From Solirubrobacterales bacterium (GTDB taxonomy: Bacteria; Actinomycetota; Thermoleophilia; Solirubrobacterales; Thermoleophilaceae): a DNA stretch of 64,000 bases. Positions 35,976 to 44,032 of this stretch are shown piece after piece. The stretch's first letter is position 1. The number at the start of each line of letters is the position of its first letter. The translations under genes and the position numbers were made by a program. The DNA lies in the NCBI GenBank assembly GCA_012718975.1, contig JAAYBF010000185.1, positions 66 through 64,065 of the forward strand, given 5' to 3'. The notes beneath the pieces are model-generated. The model saw only the letters and a program-made list of their open reading frames with translations. It ran no database searches and was not told the origin of the DNA.

Positions 35976-37535
35976 ATGCTGACCGTCCGCGATCTCGTCG
36001 ACGAGCTGGGCCTGACGCTGCTCTCCGGCGAGGAGGCGGCCGAGGCGCCGGTCCGCTGGGTCCACATCAGCGAGCTGAGCGACCCGACGCCGTGGCTCTC
36101 CGGCGGCGAGATGATCCTCACCACCGGGCTCCAGCTGACCACGCCCAAGCTCCAGCGCGACTTCGCCCGGCTGCTCTGCGACCACCACCTCGCCGGCGTC
36201 GGCTTCGGCACCGGGTTCGCCCACGACGCGGTGCCCGAGCCGCTGCTCGAGGAGGCGCGGATCGTCGGGCTACCCGTCTTCGAGATCCCCTACGAGCTGC
36301 CGTTCATCGCGATCACCGAGAAGGCGTTCGGGCGGCTGGTCAACGAGCAGTACGAGGTGCTCCAGCGCGGCATCGCGATCCACAAGCGGCTCGAGCGGCT
36401 GGTGCTCGAGGAGCGCGGCCTCGACGAGCTGGTCGGCGCCGTCTCGGCCGCGATCGGCGGCGTCGTGATGGTCCTCGACGCGCGCGGCGAGACGCTCGCC
36501 GCCAAGACCTTCCGGCGCAAGCTCAGCGACCCCGCCGTCGAGGCGATCCGCGCCCGCGTGCGCGAGCGCGGTGGCGCGCGCCAGAGCGACTTCGCCCCCG
36601 AGCACCCCGAGGTCGCGGGCCGCTCGCTAGTGCTGCCGGTCTCCACCCGCGGGCGCGGGACGCCGCAGGCCTGGCTGGTCGCCAGCCGCGACGCCGGCAG
36701 CCTCGGCGACTTCGAGCGGCTGATCCTCCAGCAGGCGGCGACCGTCGTCGCGCTCGAGCTGATGCGCCAGCGGGTGATGCGCGACACCGAGCGGCGGCTC
36801 GCCGGCGACGTGCTCGCCCAGGCGCTCACCGGCCGGCTGCCCGAGAGCGAGGTCGGCTCGCGGCTGCGGCCGTTCGGGATCGGCGAGCGAGCCGCCGTGC
36901 TCGTCTTCGACGGCGACGACCCCGGCGCCGCCGAGCCCGAGCTCGAGGCCGCGCTCTCGGAGGCCGGCGTCGGCGCGCTGGTGGCCTGCCGCGAGCGGCT
37001 GCTGTGCGCGGTCGTCGACGGCGGCGCCGGCGACCTCGACCCGATCGACCTCGCGCGCGAGCTGCGCGCCGCGCTCGCGGCCGGCCACGGCGGCGAAGGC
37101 GTCCGCGCGGCGGCGAGCCGGGTCGCGCCGGTCGGGCTGGTGCGGCGCAGCTTCCACGAGGCGCGCTGCGCGCTCGAGGCGACCGGGCTCTCCAACGGCG
37201 CCGCGCCCGAGGTCGCCTCCTACGAGGACCTCGGCGCGTTCCGGCTGCTGCTCGCCGTCCAGGACGACGAGGCGCTGCGCGTCTACACCGAGAGCGTGCT
37301 CGGCCCGCTCGAGGACGGTGGCGGCGAGTACGGCGACGAGCTGCTGCGCTCGCTCGAGGCGTTCATCGAGCAGAACGGGCAGTGGGAGAAGGCCGCCCGC
37401 CAGCTCTACTGCCACCGCCACACGCTCCGCTACCGGATCAAGCGGATCGAGGAGCTGACCGGCCGCGACCTCAAGTCGGCGCGCGACCGGATCGAGCTGT
37501 GGCTCGCGCTGAGGGCGAGAGAGCTGATTGCATGA
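35976..37535 (+). CDS. PucR/CdaR-family transcriptional regulator
   Basis: N-terminal PucR-like domain (LTVRDLVDELGL...WVHISEL.DPTPWLSGGEMILTTG) and a C-terminal HTH (LYCHRHTLRYRIKRIEELTG). Confidence 0.85.
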   Translation: MLTVRDLVDELGLTLLSGEEAAEAPVRWVHISELSDPTPWLSGGEMILTTGLQLTTPKLQRDFARLLCDHHLAGVGFGTGFAHDAVPEPLLEEARIVGLPVFEIPYELPFIAITEKAFGRLVNEQYEVLQRGIAIHKRLERLVLEERGLDELVGAVSAAIGGVVMVLDARGETLAAKTFRRKLSDPAVEAIRARVRERGGARQSDFAPEHPEVAGRSLVLPVSTRGRGTPQAWLVASRDAGSLGDFERLILQQAATVVALELMRQRVMRDTERRLAGDVLAQALTGRLPESEVGSRLRPFGIGERAAVLVFDGDDPGAAEPELEAALSEAGVGALVACRERLLCAVVDGGAGDLDPIDLARELRAALAAGHGGEGVRAAASRVAPVGLVRRSFHEARCALEATGLSNGAAPEVASYEDLGAFRLLLAVQDDEALRVYTESVLGPLEDGGGEYGDELLRSLEAFIEQNGQWEKAARQLYCHRHTLRYRIKRIEELTGRDLKSARDRIELWLALRARELIA

Positions 37536-38620
37536 ACGTCGCCGTCCTCGGAGCCGCCGGGATCATCGCGCCCGCCATCGTGCGCGACCTGGCGGAGTCC
37601 GAGGAGGTCGGCGAGCTGCTGCTGCTCGACCTCGACGGCGGGCGGGCCGAGCAGGTCGCCGCCGAGCACGGCGGCAGCCGGGCGCGGGCACGCGCGGTCG
37701 ACGCGCGCGGCGGGCTGGCCGCGATGCTCGACGGCGTCGACGTGCTCGTCAACTCGGCCAGCTACCGCGTCAACCTCGACGCGATGCGCGCCTGCCTCGA
37801 CGGCGGCGCCCACTACGTCGACCTCGGCGGGCTCTACTGGCTGACCGGAGACCAGCTCGAGCTCTCCGGCGAGTTCGAGGCGGCCGGCCTGCTGGCGCTG
37901 CTCGGGATGGGCTCGAGCCCCGGCAAGACCAACGTGATGGCCGCCAAGGCCGTCGCCGAGCTCGGCGGCCGCGCCCGCCGCGTCGACGTGCTCGCCGCCG
38001 GCCGCGACCTCGACCCGCCCGACGGGCCGAGCTACCCCTACTCGGTGCAGACGCTCGTCGACGAGCTGACTATGGCGCCGATGGCCCAGCGCGGCGGCGA
38101 GCCGGTCGCGCTCGAGCCGCTCCAGGACGGCGGCGAGGTCGACCTGCCCGAGCCGATCGGCCGCGCGGCGACGATCTACACGCTGCACTCCGAGGTGCGC
38201 ACCTTCCCGGACAGCTTCGGCTGCGGGGAGTGCAGCTTCCGGCTGTCGCTCGCGCCGGCCGTGCTCGAGCGGGTGCGGGCGCTGACCGGCGCCGGGGAGG
38301 AGGCCGTCGCCGCCGCGGCGGAGGAGGCGGTGCCGGCGTCGGCGCGGACGGTGTCGGTCCACCGGGTCGAGGCCGAGGGCGAGCACGGCGACCGCGTGAC
38401 GGTGACCGCGGTCACCCGGCCGCTGGAGGCCTGGGGGATCGGCGGCGGGATCATCTCGACGGCGACCCCGGCCGCAGCGGCGGTGCGGCTGCTGGCGCGC
38501 GGGCGGATCGACGCGCGCGGCGCGCTGCCGCCGGAGCGCTGCGTCTCCCCCGACGACCTGTTCCCCGAGCTGGAGCGGCGCGGCTGCGAGTTCGACACGG
38601 TCAGCGAGGCGGTGCGATGA
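37532..38620 (+). CDS. Saccharopine dehydrogenase-like NAD(P)-binding protein
   Basis: The ATG at 37532 overlaps the pucR stop (ATGA). Contains [18 protein letters not shown]...[30 protein letters not shown], typical of the Sacchrp_dh_NADP family. Confidence 0.75.
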   Translation: MNVAVLGAAGIIAPAIVRDLAESEEVGELLLLDLDGGRAEQVAAEHGGSRARARAVDARGGLAAMLDGVDVLVNSASYRVNLDAMRACLDGGAHYVDLGGLYWLTGDQLELSGEFEAAGLLALLGMGSSPGKTNVMAAKAVAELGGRARRVDVLAAGRDLDPPDGPSYPYSVQTLVDELTMAPMAQRGGEPVALEPLQDGGEVDLPEPIGRAATIYTLHSEVRTFPDSFGCGECSFRLSLAPAVLERVRALTGAGEEAVAAAAEEAVPASARTVSVHRVEAEGEHGDRVTVTAVTRPLEAWGIGGGIISTATPAAAAVRLLARGRIDARGALPPERCVSPDDLFPELERRGCEFDTVSEAVR

Positions 38621-39747
38621 GGATCGGAGTCCCGACCGAGGTCAAGCCCGACGAGTACCGGGTGGCGCTCACGCCGGCCGGCGCGCGCGAGCTGGCCGAG
38701 CACGGCCACGAGGTGACCGTGCAGGCCGGCGCGGGCGCTGGCTCGGGGATCGCCGACGACGACTACGCCGCGCAGGGCGCGCGGATCGCCGCCGGCGCCG
38801 AGGAGGTGTTCGAGACGGCCGAGCTGGTGCTCGGCGTCAAGGAGCCCCAGCCGGAGGAGGTCGGGCTGCTGCGGCCCGAGCAGCTGCTGTTCACCTACCT
38901 GCACCTCGCGCCGGCGCCGGAGCTGACCCGGGGCCTGCGCAACTCCGGCGCGACCTGCATCGCCTACGAGACCGTCGAGGACGGCCGCGGCCGGCTGCCG
39001 CTGCTGGCGCCGATGAGCGAGGTCGCCGGCAAGATCGCCACCCAGGCGGGCGCGTTCATGCTCGAGCGGCCGCTCGGAGGGCGCGGCGTCCTGCTCGGTG
39101 GGGTTCCCGGCGTCGCGGCGGCGAACGTGATGGTGATCGGCGGCGGGGTCGTCGGCTTCAACGCGGCGAAGATCGCGATCGGGATGGACGCCGACGTGTT
39201 CGTCTACGACCGCGACGTCGACCGCTTGCGCGAGCTCGACACGGCCTTCGGCGGGCGTGCCTCGACCGTCTACTCCTCGACCCTGGCGATCGAGGAGATG
39301 CTCCCCCACGCCGATCTCGTGATCGGCGCCGTGCTCGTCCACGGCGCGCGCGCGCCGAACGTGATCCGGCGCGAGCAGCTCGCCCTGATGAAGCAGCGGG
39401 CGGTGCTCGTCGACGTCTCGATCGACCAGGGCGGCTGCTTCGAGACCTCGCGGCCGACGACGCACTCCGACCCCACCTACGAGGTCGACGGGATCACCCA
39501 CTACTGCGTCACCAACATGCCGGGCGCGGTGCCGATCACCTCCACCTACGCACTCACCAACGCCACCCTGCCCTACGTGCTCGCGCTGGCCGACCACGGG
39601 CTGCGGGGGGCGCTGGGAATCCACCCCGGGCTTGCGCCGGGCGTTAACGTCATCGGCGGGCGAGTGACCCTCGCCGCCGTGGCGGAGGGCACGGGGATGG
39701 AGCACACGCCGTTGGAGGACGTGCTCGGGGAGCTGGAGCCGGCCTAG
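38617..39747 (+). CDS. ald: Alanine dehydrogenase
   Basis: Starts [20 protein letters not shown] and contains [14 protein letters not shown] and [10 protein letters not shown], a canonical Ald sequence. ATGA overlap with the upstream gene. Confidence 0.92.
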   Translation: MRIGVPTEVKPDEYRVALTPAGARELAEHGHEVTVQAGAGAGSGIADDDYAAQGARIAAGAEEVFETAELVLGVKEPQPEEVGLLRPEQLLFTYLHLAPAPELTRGLRNSGATCIAYETVEDGRGRLPLLAPMSEVAGKIATQAGAFMLERPLGGRGVLLGGVPGVAAANVMVIGGGVVGFNAAKIAIGMDADVFVYDRDVDRLRELDTAFGGRASTVYSSTLAIEEMLPHADLVIGAVLVHGARAPNVIRREQLALMKQRAVLVDVSIDQGGCFETSRPTTHSDPTYEVDGITHYCVTNMPGAVPITSTYALTNATLPYVLALADHGLRGALGIHPGLAPGVNVIGGRVTLAAVAEGTGMEHTPLEDVLGELEPA

Positions 39748-39786
39748 CGCCGAACCGCGGTCACAAAGAGCCTGAGGAGGAGGAAG

Positions 39787-41226
39787 ATGGCAGCGACGAT
39801 CGTCAAGCTGAGGAACTTCATCGGCGGCGAGTTCGCCGACGCGGCGGAGGGCCGCACCGAGCAGGTCACCGACCCGGCGACCACCGAGCCGATCGGCGAG
39901 GTGCCGCTCTCGACCGCGGTCGACGTCGACCGCGCGGTCGCCGCCGCGCGCGGCGCCTTCGACGGCTGGTGGGCGACGACGCCGAAGCAGCGCGCGGCGA
40001 TGATCAACGCGCTCGCCGACGCGTTCGCCGAGCACGCCGAGGAGATCGCCGACCTGGAGTCCGCCGACGCCGGCAAGCCGCGCGGCGAGGCCCGCGGCGA
40101 GGTCGACGCGATGGTCGACAACCTCCGCTTCTTCGCCGGCGCCGGCCGCACGATGGGCGGCCTCGCGGCGGGCGAGTTCATGGACGGGCGGACGTCGATC
40201 ATTCGCCGCGAGCCGGTCGGCGTGGTCGGCCAGATCACGCCGTGGAACTACCCGCTGATGATGGCGGTGTGGAAGATCGGCCCGGCGCTGGCGACCGGCA
40301 ACACGGTCGTCCTGAAGCCGGCCGAGACGACGCCGCTGACGACCCTGAAGATGGCCGAGTGGGCCGCCGAGATCTTCCCGCCCGGCGTGCTCAACATCGT
40401 CTCCGGCCACGGCGAGGACGCCGGCGCGCCGCTGGTCCGCCACCCCGACGTCGACATGGTCTCGCTGACCGGCTCGCCGCCGACCGGCAGGTGGATCGCC
40501 GCGGCCGCCGCCGAGACGCTGAAGAAGGTCCACCTCGAGCTCGGCGGCAAGGCGCCGGTGGTGGTCTTCGACGACGTCGACATGGAGTCGGCGCTGGCGA
40601 CGATCGCCGAGGCCGGCTACTACAACGCCGGCCAGGACTGCACCGCCGCCTGCCGGGTGCTGGCGTCCTCGAAGGTCTACGACGACGTCGTCAACGGTCT
40701 GGTCGCGCAGGCCGGCGGCCAGGTGGTGGGGTTGACCAGCGCGGCCGACACGACGCTCGGCCCGCTGAACTCGGCCACCCAGCGCGAGCGCGTGGAGGGC
40801 TTCCTCGAGCGGCGTCCGTCGAACGCCGAGATCGTCACCGGCGGCGGCCGGCCGGACGGCCTGCCGGGCTACTACCTCGAGCCGGCGGTCGTCGCCGGCC
40901 TCGCCCAGGACGACGAGATGGTCCAGAAGGAGATCTTCGGGCCGGTGATCACCGTCCAGCCCTTCGACGACGAGGCGAAGGCGATCGAGTGGGCCAACGG
41001 CACCCGCTACGGGCTGTCGGCGTCGGTCTGGACGCGCGACGTGGGCCGCGCGATGCGCGTCTCACGCGCGCTGCGCTTCGGCTGCGTCTGGATCAACGAC
41101 CACTTCTCGATCACCCCCGAGATGCCCCACGGCGGCTACAAGGAGTCCGGCTACGGCAAGGACATGTCGATGTACGCGCTCGAGGACTACACCGAGGTCA
41201 AGCACGTGGTGGCGAGCCTGGACTGA
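39787..41226 (+). CDS. Aldehyde dehydrogenase, gamma-aminobutyraldehyde (PatD/betaine-aldehyde)-type
   Basis: RBS GAGGAGGAGGAAG. Contains [32 protein letters not shown] and KEIFGPV. Confidence 0.88.
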   Translation: MAATIVKLRNFIGGEFADAAEGRTEQVTDPATTEPIGEVPLSTAVDVDRAVAAARGAFDGWWATTPKQRAAMINALADAFAEHAEEIADLESADAGKPRGEARGEVDAMVDNLRFFAGAGRTMGGLAAGEFMDGRTSIIRREPVGVVGQITPWNYPLMMAVWKIGPALATGNTVVLKPAETTPLTTLKMAEWAAEIFPPGVLNIVSGHGEDAGAPLVRHPDVDMVSLTGSPPTGRWIAAAAAETLKKVHLELGGKAPVVVFDDVDMESALATIAEAGYYNAGQDCTAACRVLASSKVYDDVVNGLVAQAGGQVVGLTSAADTTLGPLNSATQRERVEGFLERRPSNAEIVTGGGRPDGLPGYYLEPAVVAGLAQDDEMVQKEIFGPVITVQPFDDEAKAIEWANGTRYGLSASVWTRDVGRAMRVSRALRFGCVWINDHFSITPEMPHGGYKESGYGKDMSMYALEDYTEVKHVVASLD

Positions 41227-41408
41227 CGGCTCAGGCCCGCTCGCGGCCGGTGGACTCGAACCGGGGCGAGCCATAGCCGGCCAAGGCGTCCGGAGTGAGA
41301 TGCTCTAGAAAGTAGAGCAGATCTGCTCTATTCATGAGCGTAGCCCCATATCCTTGCGCCGGTCGGTGTATGGAAGCGCGCCGCCGCGGTTGCCGCCGCG
41401 GTGGGCGG

Positions 41409-43010
41409 CTAGTCGGACGCTCCGTCCGGCGGGCCGGCGGCGACGAGCTCGACGCGGTCGCGCCCGGCAGCCTTGGCGGCGTAGAGGGCGCGGTCGGCCA
41501 TCCGGACGAGCGAGTCGCCGTCGAGTGCGTCGAGCGGGTAGACGGCGATGCCGAAGCTCGCGGTCACGCGCAGCTCCGGCTGCTGGAACTCGAGCGCCGA
41601 GATCGCCTCGCGGAGCTTCTCGCAGACCTCGAGCGCGCCGGAGTGCTCGGTCTCGGGCAGCAGCAGGAGGAACTCCTCGCCGCCGTAGCGGCCGCCGAAG
41701 TCGCTCGCCCGCAGGACACCCTCGAGCGTCGACCCGACCGCGGCGAGGACGTCGTCGCCGGCGCCGTGGCCGAAGCGGTCGTTGACCTGCTTGAAGTGGT
41801 CGAGGTCGAACAACACCGCGCTCAGCGGCTGGACCGTACGGCCGGCGTGGGCGACCATCCGCTTGAGGTTGTCGCGGCAAGAACGGGAGTTCGGCAGGCC
41901 GGTGAGCGCATCGGTCGCCGCGCGCGCCTCGGCGATCGCCAGGTTGCGCAGGTTGGCGAGCACCGGCGCGGCCTGGGTGACCGACTCGGCGATCCGCTGC
42001 CGGTCGTCGGCGGCGAGCGGCGACGCGTCGCGCACGAGCACCGACCCGATCACCTCGCCGCCGACCAGCGACGGCGTGCAGAGCACCTCGGCCGCCGAGC
42101 GGCCGCACAGCTCGCATTCGAGCAGCGGGGCGGCACCGGCGCCCTGCTCGTAGGCGTGGCCGAGGCGGACGGCGAGGCAGGAGTCGGGCTCGGCGTCGAC
42201 GAGCCGCTCGGCCAGTCCCGCGTCGCCGTCGACGGCCGTCGCGGCGTACAGCCGGTTGTCGGAGTTGTTGCGGTTGAGGACGGTCACGTCAGCACCCTCG
42301 ATCGACCGCTCGAGATGACTCTTGACCAGGGCGTGGGCCTCGGACTCGTCGCGCATGATCTGCATCGCCCCGGCGAACTCGGCCTGGGTGTCGCGATAGC
42401 GCCGCGCCCGGGCGAGGCGGGCACGGGCACGGCGAACCTCGCGGTTGATCAGCCAGAAGCCAAGCGCGAAGAAGACGACCGCGAGCAACACGATCACGAT
42501 CGCCGACACCAGCCCGGCGTCGCCGAGCTCGTCGCTGCGCTCGGCGGCGAGCTGCTCCTGGAGGCGCTCATCCTGGGCGCGGTAGCGGTCGAACAGGCGC
42601 TTGCGCTCGCGCGCGGCGGCGGGGGACGGCAGACGGGCGGCGCCCTGCCCGAGGGCCGCGATCTCCTCCTCGGCGGAGGAGCGCCAGCGGGTGGCGATGG
42701 CGATCAGCGAGTCGAGGGTCGCCGCCTGAGGCCCGTCCTCGGCGAGCCGGCGCGCCTGGTCCGCGGCGGCGCCGAACTCCCGGCCGCCGACGACGAACGG
42801 CTCGAGGAACGCGCGGTCGCGCGTGAGCACGTAGCCGCGCAAGCCGGTCTCCTGGTCGAGCATCGCGGTGAGCATCGCCGCGGCGGCGCGGCTCTCGTCG
42901 AAGAGCCGGTCGGCGGTCGAGCGCTGGTGCGCGGAGACCGTCCAGACCGCTGCCGCGACGACCGCCACGGCGACAGCGAGCAGCACGCGCGTGCGATTGG
43001 CGCCGGACAT
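41409..43010 (-). CDS. Membrane-anchored CHASE3 / GAF-like / GGDEF diguanylate cyclase
   Basis: An N-terminal TM helix is followed by a CHASE3-like segment (ETGLRGYVLTRDRAFLEPF), a second TM, a GAF-like region and a GGDEF domain with RYGGEEF and DHFKQVND. Confidence 0.85.
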   Translation of the reverse strand: MSGANRTRVLLAVAVAVVAAAVWTVSAHQRSTADRLFDESRAAAAMLTAMLDQETGLRGYVLTRDRAFLEPFVVGGREFGAAADQARRLAEDGPQAATLDSLIAIATRWRSSAEEEIAALGQGAARLPSPAAARERKRLFDRYRAQDERLQEQLAAERSDELGDAGLVSAIVIVLLAVVFFALGFWLINREVRRARARLARARRYRDTQAEFAGAMQIMRDESEAHALVKSHLERSIEGADVTVLNRNNSDNRLYAATAVDGDAGLAERLVDAEPDSCLAVRLGHAYEQGAGAAPLLECELCGRSAAEVLCTPSLVGGEVIGSVLVRDASPLAADDRQRIAESVTQAAPVLANLRNLAIAEARAATDALTGLPNSRSCRDNLKRMVAHAGRTVQPLSAVLFDLDHFKQVNDRFGHGAGDDVLAAVGSTLEGVLRASDFGGRYGGEEFLLLLPETEHSGALEVCEKLREAISALEFQQPELRVTASFGIAVYPLDALDGDSLVRMADRALYAAKAAGRDRVELVAAGPPDGASD

Positions 43011-43087
43011 CTACCTGTGGCTTCGGCTGCTCGGGGCGAAACTTGAGCCGCGCGGTCCTCCGACCGCCGGGCGCCTAACCTCCGCTC

Positions 43088-43561
43088 GTGGCCCGCTACG
43101 AGTTCCTGACGACGTGGCTGCTGCGGGCGCCGCGGGCGGCGGTCTGGGACGCGATCCAGGACGTGGGGCAGTGGCCGCAGTGGTGGCGCGGCGTCGAGTC
43201 GGTCGCCGAGCTCGACGGCGGGGATGGCGACCGGGTCGGGAGCCGCTACCGGGTCCGCTGGCGCAGCTTCGTGCCCTACGCGATCGAGTTCGTCTTCGAG
43301 GTCGAGCACGTGGCGCTGCCGGAGACCATGAGCGGCCGCGCGACCGGCGACCTGGAGGGCACAGGCGCCTGGCGGCTGGTCGAGCGCGAGGGGATCACGG
43401 CCGTCAGCTACGACTGGCGGGTCGACACCACCAAGCGCTGGATGAACGCCGTCGCGCCGGTCGCGCGCCCGGTGTTCGGCTTCAACCACGACTGGGTGAT
43501 GCGGCGCGGGGGCGAGGGGCTGGCGGAGCTGCTGGGGGTGGAGCTGGTGGCGGGAAGCTAG
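43088..43561 (+). CDS. SRPBCC (START/polyketide-cyclase-like) family protein
   Basis: 157 aa with a GTG start. Contains APRAAVWDAIQDVGQWPQWW, typical of the family. Confidence 0.75.
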   Translation: MARYEFLTTWLLRAPRAAVWDAIQDVGQWPQWWRGVESVAELDGGDGDRVGSRYRVRWRSFVPYAIEFVFEVEHVALPETMSGRATGDLEGTGAWRLVEREGITAVSYDWRVDTTKRWMNAVAPVARPVFGFNHDWVMRRGGEGLAELLGVELVAGS

Positions 43562-43800
43562 CGGGGCGGCTCGTCATGCCGCGGGTCAACGCCACCCCGC
43601 CCACGCCGCTCGCGCCGGTGGGGCAACTCGTGCTGGAGCATCAGCACCACGAACCCGATGGCGGCCGACGTCCAGATCACGGCCTGGTACTGAGCATCGC
43701 TCGGACTCCACCCGAACGCGGTTAGGCCGACAACCATCAGTGCGACCGAGATGCCCGTCGAGATGTGGGCCTTGCGAAAGCTGTGATGCCGCAGCCACAT
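43558..43800 (-). CDS. Small two-TM membrane protein, hypothetical
   Basis: 80 aa with two hydrophobic helices and a basic tail. GC3 bias is acceptable and I recognise no family. Confidence 0.45.
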   Translation of the reverse strand: MWLRHHSFRKAHISTGISVALMVVGLTAFGWSPSDAQYQAVIWTSAAIGFVVLMLQHELPHRRERRGRGGVDPRHDEPPR

Positions 43801-43939
43801 GCATTTATCCTATCTCGTCACAAGATCGAAGACCAAGAACGCGACGGCGATGCAACCGCCGAAGCAGCCTGCGTCGCCGACGGAATCCTCACGCCGAGAA
43901 GCGCTGTGCCGACGGCCTGCGCGCTTCTCGCTCAACGCG

Positions 43940-43968
43940 AGAGGGCCGGCCATGGTGGCCGGCCCTCT
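43940..43968 (-). terminator. Terminator-like hairpin downstream of the secreted-protein operon
   Basis: AGAGGGCCGGCCA-TGG-TGGCCGGCCCTCT, a perfect 13-nt inverted repeat about 65 nt after the stop at 44033. Confidence 0.55.
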
Positions 43969-44032
43969 GTCGAGTCGGGTCGAGCGCTCGGGGGCGCGCC
44001 GGCCCCCTGGTGGCGCGCCGCTCGGGCGCCGC

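Noticed and set aside
41252-41262. The tRNA T-loop-like string GGACTCGAACC (reverse complement GGTTCGAGTCC) downstream of the ALDH gene, considered as a tRNA or tmRNA gene or an att remnant.
   Set aside because: Folding by hand gives only 2 bp of T-stem (CCCGG versus CCACC) and no acceptor, D or anticodon arms. There is no matching repeat elsewhere in the window.
41381-41410. The GC-rich imperfect repeat GCCGCCGCGG-TTG-CCGCCGCGG..GGCGGC at the 3' end of the diguanylate-cyclase gene, considered as a terminator.
   Set aside because: The stem is imperfect and partly a direct rather than inverted repeat, and it overlaps the stop codon. It is indistinguishable from background GC-rich self-complementarity.
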